Source: Promethearchaeota archaeon
Lineage (GTDB): Archaea; Asgardarchaeota; Lokiarchaeia; Sigyniarchaeales; SOKP01
Length of the DNA: 64,000 nt
NCBI GenBank assembly: GCA_048937405.1
Contig: JBHLNF010000010.1
Span: 53,338-117,337 of the forward strand
Direction of reading: 5' to 3'
The notes beneath the pieces are model-generated. The model saw nothing but the letters and a program-made list of their open reading frames with translations, was not told the origin of the DNA and searched no databases. The first letter of the stretch is position 1, and each line of letters opens with the position of its first letter. Positions 49,517-59,374 of this stretch are shown in pieces. The translations under genes were made by a program, and so were the position numbers.

Positions 49517-50410
49517 TTGATAAAAATGATATGGAACACAAAAATCACAAAAATGGCTGGAGTCCAGTATCCAATAATAATGGGGGCTTTTTTTAGCATA
49601 GGTAAGGCTGAATTCGCAGCAGCTTTTTCAAATGCGGGAGGATTGGGAATTCTAACAGCGGGAAATTTTAAAACTGTTGATGAGTTCCAAGAAGAAATTG
49701 AAAAAATAAAAAATTTGACAAATAAACCATATGGTGTAAATTTTACAATAATGCCTCCACAAGTTATGGAAAAAACGGGAAGAGGAAGGACCGAGGAATC
49801 TTTTCTTGATTATATAGACATAGCAATTGATGCGGGAGTTAGAATTTTTACGACAGCTGCATATAAAGCAGAAAAAATAGGCAAAAAAGTACACGATGCT
49901 GATTGTTATTGGTTTCATAAATGCGCAACAGTAAAACATGCCTTATCAGCTGAAAAAGTAGGGGCTGATGCTGTGACTATTGTAGGGATTGAGGGAACAG
50001 GATTCAAAAATCCTTTCCAAAATACAACACTTGTAAATATGACCATGGCCAAGAAATTATTAAAAATTCCAGTTATCGCAGCAGGAGGCATTGGAGATGC
50101 GAGAGGTTTTCTTGCAGCTCTTGCTATGGGAGCTGATGCCGTATGTTTTGGAACAGCAATTATTCCAACTAAAGAAAGTCCTGCCTCAAACTCATGGAAA
50201 GAGTCAATATTAAACCAAGATATTTTTGACGAGAATTTTTATAGGAAAATTTTCCATTTTCAATCAAGAGACTCTGGAATTGGCTCTATGGCTGCTGGTC
50301 ATTGCAATGAAATTTTCTCACTTAAAGAATTTATTGATAATATCATATCAAATGCTGAAAAAATCTTACAAAAATGGGGATATCAGGGTAATAAATTCAA
50401 TACTTTGTGA
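49517..50410 (+). CDS. Nitronate monooxygenase/FabK-family flavoprotein
   Basis: YPIIMG, SNAGGLG, PYGVN, PVIAAGGIGDARG...LAMGADAV.FGT. Confidence 0.9.
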   Translation: MIKMIWNTKITKMAGVQYPIIMGAFFSIGKAEFAAAFSNAGGLGILTAGNFKTVDEFQEEIEKIKNLTNKPYGVNFTIMPPQVMEKTGRGRTEESFLDYIDIAIDAGVRIFTTAAYKAEKIGKKVHDADCYWFHKCATVKHALSAEKVGADAVTIVGIEGTGFKNPFQNTTLVNMTMAKKLLKIPVIAAGGIGDARGFLAALAMGADAVCFGTAIIPTKESPASNSWKESILNQDIFDENFYRKIFHFQSRDSGIGSMAAGHCNEIFSLKEFIDNIISNAEKILQKWGYQGNKFNTL

Positions 50411-50550
50411 GATTTATTACTTTTTATTTTAAGGTAGAATCTCTCAAGCAGAAGTTACATATAAAAATATTGATCTCTTAAAATCATAAGAAATCTTTTA
50501 AAATTAGATAGAGCAAATTAATTCAATAGATAAAGAGCACTGAAAAATTT

Positions 50551-51105
50551 TTAAACTTTTATAAAGATCCCTGCGAATCTTTTACCGACTTTTGATAATC
50601 CAATTTTAGCAAATTCCCATTTTGAAATTTCTCCTTCCTTGCATTTTTGCCAAGAATTCTTGAGGACTTTCCAATCTGAACCTAAATTTTCTTTCATATA
50701 ATCTTCAATATTCTCATTTTTCTCCATAAGTTGTTCAATTAAAGTTGCTACATCTGAAATATCTAATCTAATCTTCTTAGTATCTTCCCTTATTTCAGAA
50801 ATCTTAGAATCCATTTCTTTTACCTTGTTATAGAGTTTAGCCAGCCGTTTATGTTTAGGATCCAAATTTCTGAACTTTTTTATCATATTTTTCCATGAAT
50901 TCTTAAATTTTCCCCAATCACTCTCAACATTTTTCTTTACTTCTAAGAAATACTCCCCAGATTTTTCAGAAAATTCTTCAATATCATCTCTCATGTCTAT
51001 AAAAAATTGGCTGAGTGGATTTTTTTTATCCTCTTGTATTAATAAAATATCATTTTCATTTTGAGGTATTTCTTTATCGTCAGATTCTTTCATTTTCTTG
51101 ATCAA
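50551..51105 (-). CDS. Hypothetical coiled-coil protein (likely ATG 51093)
   Basis: Charged helical ORF, duplicated SDWxxxKNSW motif. Confidence 0.75.
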   Translation of the reverse strand: MIKKMKESDDKEIPQNENDILLIQEDKKNPLSQFFIDMRDDIEEFSEKSGEYFLEVKKNVESDWGKFKNSWKNMIKKFRNLDPKHKRLAKLYNKVKEMDSKISEIREDTKKIRLDISDVATLIEQLMEKNENIEDYMKENLGSDWKVLKNSWQKCKEGEISKWEFAKIGLSKVGKRFAGIFIKV

Positions 51106-51311
51106 CCTTGGAATTCTATTTATATTTATCTTAAGAATAAATAAGAATTGATAACTATTTATTACTAATGGTTTCTCTCGATTTGGATAACACTTTAAAG
51201 ATACAAAAACCTTTGGATCAATAATACTATTGGAAATTAAGGCTTTTCAAATTATAAAAAAAAACTTTACTATTATTTATAAGATAAAATAATCAATTGT
51301 GAGAAAGGAAT

Positions 51312-51485
51312 TTGGCAAAGAAAAGAATTAAGAAAAAAGAAAAGAAAAATGAAAAATTTAATATAAAAAGCTCTGAAGTAAAGGAATATGGAGTTGTTTT
51401 AACTAAAGATGAAAAATATCGTCATCGTATTTATCCGCAAAAGGGAAAAATCCCCGAAGATGATGAGGACTATAAAATCGTGTAA
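51312..51485 (+). CDS. Unannotated small charged protein (57 aa)
   Basis: TTG start after AAGGA; MAKKRIKKKEKKNEKFNIKSSEVKEYGVVLTKDEKYRHRIYPQKGKIPEDDEDYKIV; T-run follows the stop. Confidence 0.55.
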   Translation: MAKKRIKKKEKKNEKFNIKSSEVKEYGVVLTKDEKYRHRIYPQKGKIPEDDEDYKIV

Positions 51486-51650
51486 TTTTATTACTAAATA
51501 TTTCTCTTTTTTTTTTTTGGAAGAGCTGGTTTCTGAAATTAATAGCATGAGTAATTTATTTGGAAATTATTAATGTTCTAAAGGAATCAAAGTTAATTAG
51601 AACAAGAAAGATTGAAGTTTAAAAGAAGTGTTTCGCTATTGCATGTATCA

Positions 51651-51850
51651 TGTTATCAAAACTAGGAAAATTTACCTAATCTTATTTAAAATTATCAAGA
51701 AATCTTGACAACTTGTGGGTTTAACACCAAACCCTGTATCCCATCATCATTTATGGAATTTGGGAATGCTTTCTTCATGATGTTATATCCTGCATTCACA
51801 TCGGCATTAATAAGCGTTCCATTGTGAGATTTGAATAATCCTCTTTGAAT
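51651..51850 (-). ncRNA. Probable omegaRNA scaffold overlapping the tnpB 3' end (boundaries uncertain)
   Basis: Expected position; hairpins GGGTTT-N6-AAACCC (51717-51734), TCAAGA-AA-TCTTGA (51695-51708), TAGG-N8-CCTA (51663-51678). Confidence 0.5.
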
Positions 51851-52885
51851 TCTCTTACCTGCATACGTGGAATGTCTCTTGATTTCTTCTCCATCTAAAA
51901 ACGAGCATTTACTAGTATAACTCTCATCTATTAACACTACATCAATTCCAATCAACTTTCCTTTATAAGAAATTTGCTGAAATAATTTATTGAAAGGAAT
52001 TTGAACAAATTTTTGATTATTTATCCTCCCTATATTGCATTTTTGCTTCCAACATTCGTTATGTCCAATTACTACCATCCCTATTTCATTTTCTTTACAA
52101 TATTTAATCACATTCTTAGAGATCTTGTGAAAGTAATCTATAATCTTGTTATTTCTCTTCAAGTGTAATCTCCTAATCCTTTTTGTATCTATAAGATTAC
52201 CCTTCTTACTTTCAATGCTTCTATATCGTGCTAATTGTTTGTTGTAATAATGATTTACAGATTTGACATTCCCACCTTTAACAATAAAAGGCTTCAAACC
52301 TTTATTATTTACAGCAGTTATGAGATTGTTCAAACCCAAATCAATGCTTAATACAGCATCCTTATTCAAACCTAAATCTTTTACTTCTCTCTCGTATATT
52401 ATTTCGATTTTATATATATCCCCTAACGGTATAATCCTAACCTGTTGAAATTGTTTAATGCGAGTCTTAACAGGTTTTAAATCACATTTCTTGGGAAAAT
52501 GAAGGCACCCATCATCTTTTAATCTTGCATTCTGATTCGTGAAAATGACAATGGACTCTCCGTCTTTTCTCTTGTATCTTGGTATCTTAGGAACACGTTT
52601 AAACTTGAACTTATTCATGTTCCATTCTCTTTTGGCTCTAAAGTAAGATTTCCAATTCTTAATTACCAACTTTAATACTTGTTGAGAAGTTTGAGCTGGC
52701 AAGTTATTATAGCATTTATGATGTTTTAACATAAAATCTAAATCGTAATAACTGAGAAAATTACCCAGTTTGAAGAACTCTTGTCTATAATACCAATTAG
52801 ATAAATTATATAAATTCTTAGCTAAGTGGCACAGTTTAGATAGTTCCTTTGATTTCTTTATCTGGATGATCTCAGTTAATTTCAT
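51695..52885 (-). CDS. tnpB: TnpB RNA-guided endonuclease (IS607 type)
   Basis: KNLYN, SIDLGLNN (RuvC-I), VIGHN..WKQ, DESYTSK, NADVNAGYNI (RuvC-III). Confidence 0.95.
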   Translation of the reverse strand: MKLTEIIQIKKSKELSKLCHLAKNLYNLSNWYYRQEFFKLGNFLSYYDLDFMLKHHKCYNNLPAQTSQQVLKLVIKNWKSYFRAKREWNMNKFKFKRVPKIPRYKRKDGESIVIFTNQNARLKDDGCLHFPKKCDLKPVKTRIKQFQQVRIIPLGDIYKIEIIYEREVKDLGLNKDAVLSIDLGLNNLITAVNNKGLKPFIVKGGNVKSVNHYYNKQLARYRSIESKKGNLIDTKRIRRLHLKRNNKIIDYFHKISKNVIKYCKENEIGMVVIGHNECWKQKCNIGRINNQKFVQIPFNKLFQQISYKGKLIGIDVVLIDESYTSKCSFLDGEEIKRHSTYAGKRIQRGLFKSHNGTLINADVNAGYNIMKKAFPNSINDDGIQGLVLNPQVVKIS

Positions 52886-52909
52886 TTAAGCACCATCTTT
52901 TGATATTAA

Positions 52910-53481
52910 TTATTGAATTATAGGTCTTTTTCGTTTACTATACATCTTATTGGTAAAGCAATGCATTAAAGAAATAATCTCGTCCATTACTTCTTGTGAA
53001 TCTAATTTTTCATTGCCTACTTCAAAAATTACTATTATTTCACATCCAAGTTGATTAAATAAATATAGAAATAAGCCAAATCCACCCCTAGTAAGTCTAT
53101 CTTTATAAGTAATAATAATTTTCTTCACTTTTTTTGAATGACCTCATTAAGCGTTGTAAAAAACTGATTGCGTCTTTCAAACGATATCCCAGAAGCAGTA
53201 TCACTAAATAATCCATTCAATTGAATACAGTTTGAAAAACACCAATTTTTAAGTATTTAAATTTGATTTTCTAGATCTTTCTTCTGTTTATTTGTAGAAA
53301 CTCTTGCATAAGCATAAATCTTTCGTGGAATATCTTTATTAAAAAATGAATATACTGATTCTTCATCAAAATTCCAATATCTATTAGGTAAACGATTTGC
53401 TTTTACAAATCCATTTTCTTTATATTTATATAATGTAGGCTGTGTAACTTGTAGTAGTTTACAAGCATCTGAAGATTTCAT
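52910..53481 (-). pseudogene. tnpA: IS607 TnpA serine recombinase, inactivated
   Basis: YARVSTNKQKKDLENQI then in-frame TAA (53257-53259), SDTASGI, a frameshift at an A7 run (about 53129-53135), then YKDRLTR.GF. Confidence 0.9.
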
Positions 53482-53628
53482 AATAATTTTATATAAAAGT
53501 TGTATATTTAAATCAAAATACTTATGAGACTTTCTAGTTTTTAGAACCATATAACTGTTGATTTTAAACATATTTACATATGTGTATTAGATTTGTATCA
53601 TTCCGAATCCGAACCAAATAATCGAAAA

Positions 53629-54987
53629 ATGTCAAAATTAAATAATGTAACTCCAGATTTTAATTATATGATTCGAATTACTTTTTGGAATGGTTTGGGC
53701 TTTATTTTTTTCATGTTTATAAAATCTTACGTTGTTATTTATTTCTTTGGTGGTTCTGGAATAACACTAGGTATTATTATGGCGTTACAACCTTTTGCTA
53801 GACTTATTTCAATGCCTTTAATTGGATATTTAACAGATCATAAATCCAAAAAACTATTAGTTTTAATCGGTTCATTGGGTCGAACTTTATCCTACATTTT
53901 ATACTGGATCTCACTTGTTATTCAAAATTTATTTTTATTTGGGGCTGGTACTTTTTGTCAAGGTTTACTAGTAGCTTTTTTTTGGCCACCATTTTTTGCA
54001 TTACTTTCTGATAAATCTTTTAAAGGTAGTAGAACTCAGTCTTTAGCTACAGGTAGAGGAAAAATGATTGGATATGGATTTCTTTTGGGGGCTCTCATCA
54101 GTATCCCAATTTTTGCTCTAGTATCTATTTTTCTTCCAGGAAATATAGCATTGATGTATAGTCCACTATTGATCTTTGCGACAATTAATTTAATCGCAGG
54201 ACGTCATTTTTATTTGAAAGTAGATGAAAATCTTACCTTTGAGAAATATTACAATTCTTTAGATGATTCAAATTTAAATCCAATTAATATTGAGCAAGAA
54301 AGTGAAATTTTTGAAAATAAAGAGGAAAAAAATATAAAACAAGATAAAGTATTTTATTTTGGTTTTTTTATTTTGATTCTGGCAATCACGGTTAGTTCTA
54401 TAACCGCAACAATATATTCGCCATTTATCTCAGCATTTTTAATTGAAAATCTTTTACCTAATTTTTCTGAGAGAATAATTCCAATAATAGTAATGATTGT
54501 ATATTTTCCTGCTCAAGTTATTTCCCAATTAATAGCACCATCATTAGGAAAAGTATTTGACCGTATTTCTCCTTCATTAAGCATAATTAGTATTGAAATT
54601 TTCAAAGCTTTAATGATATGGTTGTTACTTTTGGCGTTTTCACCCTATGATTTTGCACTTTTTCTGATATTTTTATATATAGCACTAGAAGCAAGTATAT
54701 ACCTTATCCAAGCAATAATGAGTCGAATATCTATAAAACATAGAGGAAAAATATTTGGATTGAATATATGGATTGACCAATTAGGAAGAGTAATTGGTCC
54801 TTTAATTGGGGGAATATTATGGGATTCATTTGGTTATGACATCCCGTTTTTAATCTCAATTTACATTGGTTTATGTTTTATTCCAATTTTTATTTTTGCA
54901 ATTCGATCATTAGGACCATATATGGTTGAACAAACTAAAATAGATAAGATTGGAATTATTACTGTGAAAAAAAAAAATCCTAGGTAG
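53629..54987 (+). CDS. MFS transporter
   Basis: GYLTDHKSKK motif A, about 12 TM, HRGKIFG, GPLIGG; ATG 53629 preferred to TTG 53593. Confidence 0.9.
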   Translation: MSKLNNVTPDFNYMIRITFWNGLGFIFFMFIKSYVVIYFFGGSGITLGIIMALQPFARLISMPLIGYLTDHKSKKLLVLIGSLGRTLSYILYWISLVIQNLFLFGAGTFCQGLLVAFFWPPFFALLSDKSFKGSRTQSLATGRGKMIGYGFLLGALISIPIFALVSIFLPGNIALMYSPLLIFATINLIAGRHFYLKVDENLTFEKYYNSLDDSNLNPINIEQESEIFENKEEKNIKQDKVFYFGFFILILAITVSSITATIYSPFISAFLIENLLPNFSERIIPIIVMIVYFPAQVISQLIAPSLGKVFDRISPSLSIISIEIFKALMIWLLLLAFSPYDFALFLIFLYIALEASIYLIQAIMSRISIKHRGKIFGLNIWIDQLGRVIGPLIGGILWDSFGYDIPFLISIYIGLCFIPIFIFAIRSLGPYMVEQTKIDKIGIITVKKKNPR

Positions 54988-55040
54988 AAATTTTTCTTAC
55001 ATATTAACTTTAAAGTTTAGTAATAATTTAATTTAATATC

Positions 55041-55829
55041 TTGCCAGAACTTCCAGAAGTGGAGACATTCAAGCGATACCTAGATAAAACATCATTGAAT
55101 CAAACTATTAAAAATATAAAAGTAACTGATGATAGAGTTTTAAATATTGATGAGTCTTATCTGAAAAAAACGGTTATTAACAATAAATTTGAATCATCCA
55201 CCCGACATGGAAAATATATTCTAATAAATATCGGGAAAAGATATCTTATTTTTCATTTTGGTATGACGGGAGATATAAAATATTTCAATAAGAAAGAACA
55301 TGAGCCAAAATACAGTAAGGTGATATTTCAATTTAATAATGACTTTAACTTAGCATATATTTCTCTTAGAATGTTTGGTAAATTAGATATTGCTGAATCT
55401 ATTGAAGAATTTAAAAAAAAGAAAAAATTAGGACCAGATGCATATAAAATGAATTTCGATCAATTTAAGGAAGCACTAAGAAGGAGAACTGGTATTGTTA
55501 AAACGCTCTTATTAGAACAAAGTTTTGTTGCTGGTATTGGAAATATTTATTCGGATGAAATTCTATTTAAAACGAAGGTGCATCCTAAAACTAAAATAGA
55601 TTCTCTAAGCGAGAGTAAGATTAATGAGCTTTATACTAATATTAAAGAAGTATTAAGATTTGGTATTGATAAGAAAGGTGATTTAAATACTTATCCAGAC
55701 CATTTTCTAATTGCACATCGTAAAAAGGATGAATATTGTCCAACTTGTAAAAGCGAGATCAAACGTCTTGAAATATCTGGAAGACATGGGTTTTATTGTC
55801 CAAATTGTCAAAAAGAAGGAAATTCTTGA
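55041..55829 (+). CDS. mutM: Formamidopyrimidine-DNA glycosylase (Fpg/Nei family)
   Basis: MPELPEVE, RHGKY, HFGMTG, GIGNIYSDE, C-terminal Zn finger CPTC...CPNCQ. Confidence 0.95.
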   Translation: MPELPEVETFKRYLDKTSLNQTIKNIKVTDDRVLNIDESYLKKTVINNKFESSTRHGKYILINIGKRYLIFHFGMTGDIKYFNKKEHEPKYSKVIFQFNNDFNLAYISLRMFGKLDIAESIEEFKKKKKLGPDAYKMNFDQFKEALRRRTGIVKTLLLEQSFVAGIGNIYSDEILFKTKVHPKTKIDSLSESKINELYTNIKEVLRFGIDKKGDLNTYPDHFLIAHRKKDEYCPTCKSEIKRLEISGRHGFYCPNCQKEGNS

Positions 55830-55957
55830 ATATATTAATATTTAATTAAGAGCTCTCTTTTAGTTTTAAGAAATACAAAAGAAATTTTATTTTTTATACC
55901 ATCTAGTAGAATTTTTAATACTTGAAAAAAACATGAAAAAAGGTTTAATGATCTTTT

Positions 55958-56833
55958 TTATCTTCCCTTCTGTTTGTAAATGTACATAATAATCTCAACA
56001 AATAAAATAACAGTTAACCCAATTAAGATAAATATATATTGATTCGGAATTCGCTCATTCTCTGGAATGTAATCACCAGCTATAAACTTAACAAGTTTTA
56101 GTCCCCCATATAAAAATTCATAATTTGAAAGAACACCTTTTGAATTATAGTTAACTTTTATATTTATAGCGGCACTATTGTTTTCAAATCCTAAAGGTGG
56201 GACATAGATTAAGAAGCCATTTGATTGTGCTGTAGCAGAAATATTTTTATACAGTCCTCCCCTAGAACTCATTACTGCGGGGATTTCATTTACAAATATT
56301 GACCAGTCAATAGATATAGGTGCAAAAAGAACACGAAACATAGCAGCATAGGGACTAAACCAGCGATTTAAATTAAAAGATTGTCGTAAGAAACTTGATG
56401 TATCGTTTACTATATGCCATGTCTGGTCCCATTCATCAGTATAATCTGGTGTAATTTCCCATTTCAATTTACCATATATTGGGGTAGATGTAACTGTTGT
56501 ATTATCATAAGGAGGATAAAATGGACCAATTTGTTCAACACCAATATCATTGACGGTAAGTTGCCAATTTGATTGCGGTGGTTCAAGAGTCCTCCAATCA
56601 TAATAGACAAAATTCAAGTTAGAGTCTCCTAATGGTATAAGATTTTCCAATATAGCTCCTAAATCATCTTCCATATATGCCTTCCAGTTTTCTGTATATA
56701 CACTAAGAGTCCATTCATATTCATCACCATTTTTTATTCCAACATAAGAATCTTGGGCATTACAAATTCTTATGAAAGGGATTAAGAGAAAAATTCCAAG
56801 AAGAACAAAACTCGCGACTTTTCTTTTCATCAA
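55958..56833 (-). CDS. Secreted/surface protein with C-terminal membrane anchor
   Basis: Signal peptide, YVGIKNGDEYEW start of the mature domain, several NxS/T sequons, C-terminal TM plus basic tail. Confidence 0.8.
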   Translation of the reverse strand: MMKRKVASFVLLGIFLLIPFIRICNAQDSYVGIKNGDEYEWTLSVYTENWKAYMEDDLGAILENLIPLGDSNLNFVYYDWRTLEPPQSNWQLTVNDIGVEQIGPFYPPYDNTTVTSTPIYGKLKWEITPDYTDEWDQTWHIVNDTSSFLRQSFNLNRWFSPYAAMFRVLFAPISIDWSIFVNEIPAVMSSRGGLYKNISATAQSNGFLIYVPPLGFENNSAAINIKVNYNSKGVLSNYEFLYGGLKLVKFIAGDYIPENERIPNQYIFILIGLTVILFVEIIMYIYKQKGR

Positions 56834-56893
56834 ACTTTATCATCTCTTTTTTTATTCATTAAAATTTATCAAAAATTATCTAAATAAAAAAAA

Positions 56894-57664
56894 TTAAGCT
56901 TTACCGTACTTTTTGAATAATATAATTCCTCCAATAAATATCACAAGACTGAACATTATAAGTATTATCAAATCCCACCAAATCCTTAAATTACTTAGAG
57001 CAACACCATTAAATAGGAGAGTTAAAGCATCAGATACATAATACAATGGCATGAACATACCAATTAATTGTGTTTCGGGGGGTAAGGGGTATAAACCCGA
57101 AGCAAGCATCTGTTGTGGAAACATAAAAATCCAGACAATCCCCCCTGCAGCTTTAGGATTCTTTGCAATAGTTGCTGTTAATAATCCAAAGCCAATGGAG
57201 GATAGAGAGAAAACTATCATAAACACAAACGCAAGGGTAATCCCCGCAATTGCTCCATCAGGACGATATCCTAATAGAAAAGAGATAATACCAACTATTA
57301 TTACTTGGATAATCGCCATACACATATTTGATATCACATGACTTCCCATGAATTCTACCGCCGTCATGGGCGTCGTATTGATTCTTTTTAACAATCCTTG
57401 TTCTCGATCTTCTGAAAAAGATAAAGCAACAGGCATTGCCATGAAAAGCGCGCTAATAGCAAATAATCCAGGAACCATAAAATCAAAAATGTTCCCTGTT
57501 TGTCCTGTCCAACCATAGTCTTCAACAACTACTGACCCAAACGCAAGTCCCATTGTCAGTGTTAGTGCTATGGGGAGTAAAAGTATTATAAACAATGCTG
57601 TTGGTACCCTTATAAGAGCTTTAAACTGTAATTTTACGAGAGCTAAAATTCTTTGGCGTTTCAT
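56894..57664 (-). CDS. ABC-2 type permease
   Basis: MVPGL, EDREQGLLKRINTTP, SGLYPLP, PLYY. Confidence 0.92.
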   Translation of the reverse strand: MKRQRILALVKLQFKALIRVPTALFIILLLPIALTLTMGLAFGSVVVEDYGWTGQTGNIFDFMVPGLFAISALFMAMPVALSFSEDREQGLLKRINTTPMTAVEFMGSHVISNMCMAIIQVIIVGIISFLLGYRPDGAIAGITLAFVFMIVFSLSSIGFGLLTATIAKNPKAAGGIVWIFMFPQQMLASGLYPLPPETQLIGMFMPLYYVSDALTLLFNGVALSNLRIWWDLIILIMFSLVIFIGGIILFKKYGKA

Positions 57665-57666
57665 TT

Positions 57667-58476
57667 TTAAAATCCCTCCAAGATTCTTCTTCCTGTAATT
57701 TTCATGAAGACTTCCTCCAAATCTTTAGCACTATGCTTCTCGATTAATTCTTTTGGTGATCCTATAGCAATTAATTTACCGTAATCGATTATAGCTACCC
57801 TATCACAAAGTGCTTCTGCTTCTTCAATATAATGTGTCGTTAAGATAATGGTTTTATTCTGTTCTTTTAATGAACCAATAAATTTCCAAGTTGTACGCCT
57901 GACTCGTGGGTCCATTCCGACCGTAGGCTCATCTAAAAATACAATAGGAGGATCACTTATCAAAGCTATAATAAGATTTAATTGCCGTATCATTCCACCA
58001 CTATAATTTTTTGCTTTTCTATTACTAGCTTCTAGTAAGCCTAATAAATCTAGAAATCTATCCATCCTTTCATATATCTTCTCTTTTTTCACGAGATGTA
58101 AATTTCCGAAAAATTCGATATTTTCCTTAGCATTTAAAAATTTATATACTGCTGCTTCTTGTGGACATACGCCAATTAATTCCTTGATCTTGTTGAGGTC
58201 TTTTTTAACATTATATCCTCCTACAAAAGCGTCTCCTTCAGTTTGGTTTATTAAACCACACAAAATGTTTATTGTAGTGGTTTTTCCTGCCCCATTTGGT
58301 CCTAAAAGCCCAAAAATCTCCCCTATGTTGATTGAAAATGATATTCCATCAACAGCTTTGACTTCCTTGATAACCTTCTTGCCGGCATAAATTTTTCTCA
58401 AATCTTTGACTTCAATGGCATTCGGATTATCAGATCCAAATGTTAATTCATTGATTTTTGATTTTGATTTTGACAT
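57667..58476 (-). CDS. ABC transporter ATP-binding protein
   Basis: GPNGAGKTT, YSGGM, FLDEPT, TTH. Confidence 0.95.
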   Translation of the reverse strand: MSKSKSKINELTFGSDNPNAIEVKDLRKIYAGKKVIKEVKAVDGISFSINIGEIFGLLGPNGAGKTTTINILCGLINQTEGDAFVGGYNVKKDLNKIKELIGVCPQEAAVYKFLNAKENIEFFGNLHLVKKEKIYERMDRFLDLLGLLEASNRKAKNYSGGMIRQLNLIIALISDPPIVFLDEPTVGMDPRVRRTTWKFIGSLKEQNKTIILTTHYIEEAEALCDRVAIIDYGKLIAIGSPKELIEKHSAKDLEEVFMKITGRRILEGF

Positions 58477-58612
58477 TTTTTTAGAATCATATAAATTTTT
58501 ATAATTTTACTTAAATTAGGTTTAATAGTTGTTTAATTTATTACTTAAATTGTTTTTTTTTTTTAATTATAATAGAACCTTTAAAGAATGTAAAAGAAGA
58601 AATATAAAAAAG

Positions 58613-59074
58613 CTATTTTAAAAAATCTTTTAAGATTGAGATAAAACCTTCAATTTTTGCATCAGTACCCTCTATAGCGGGACCCTCTGGTTTTTGCATT
58701 TTTATTTCAAGATATTCAGGACAGATATCCTCAACACAACCGATTTTTCCAAGAGTCTTTTTTATTCCTTTAATGAAGAATTTTTTCCAACCCAAAGCAT
58801 GAGTAGAAAAATAAGCAACTTTCGAAATTGGTTTTTTGATGACTTTATCCATATTACTAACAAATTTTCGTATTTCCTTATCTGAACTAAAAGCAATAAT
58901 TCGAACTGCTATGATCAAACCATAAGGCTCGTCTTGGGTGATATCTTCAGGGCTAATATTTTTAATGCTACCAACACTTACATAATATTCATCTTTTAAT
59001 CCCTCAGCAAGTTGTTTTGAAATCTTTTCAGAATTCCCATGCAGAGAGTTATGAATTATCCAAATCTTTTTCAT
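58613..59074 (-). CDS. Flavodoxin-like protein
   Basis: IIHNSLHGNSEKIS phosphate-binding loop, AYFSTH. Confidence 0.7.
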   Translation of the reverse strand: MKKIWIIHNSLHGNSEKISKQLAEGLKDEYYVSVGSIKNISPEDITQDEPYGLIIAVRIIAFSSDKEIRKFVSNMDKVIKKPISKVAYFSTHALGWKKFFIKGIKKTLGKIGCVEDICPEYLEIKMQKPEGPAIEGTDAKIEGFISILKDFLK

Positions 59075-59374
59075 TTTTTATACCTCAAATTTGTATTAAA
59101 ATGCATTTTATTTATAATATGGGAAAAAGTAAATTCTATATGAAATTTCAATAGTCCATTTTTTATTCATATCTATCTTTTTTTCCCAAGTCTAATTTGT
59201 GGAATCCTTTTACCATATCATAATTCTATGCATATCCATTGATCTTCATTTAATGATATGGATTGAAATTTTAAAATTTGAATTTCCAAAATGAAAAAAT
59301 TTATGAGATATTTAAAATAACATTTATTAAGAACCAATAGTTTTTGATTTCAATAAAGCTAAAAACGGGTTAAA

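Larger units (their letters stand above)
51651..53600 (-). mobile_element. IS607-family insertion sequence (tnpA pseudogene plus tnpB); ends approximate
   Basis: MerR-like HTH/serine recombinase followed by TnpB; TGTATCAT at both presumed junctions (51644 and 53594). Confidence 0.85.

Noticed and set aside
53482-53600. IStron (group I intron fused to IS607)
   Set aside because: Only about 120 nt between tnpA and the presumed end, too short for a group I core, and the insertion is intergenic
58507-58551. TTACTTAAATT direct repeat upstream of the ABC genes
   Set aside because: Short and AT-only; expected by chance at this composition
59234-59263. ATCCAT...ATGGAT hairpin upstream of cysE as a riboswitch or SECIS
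   Set aside because: Weak AT-rich stem with no recognisable consensus
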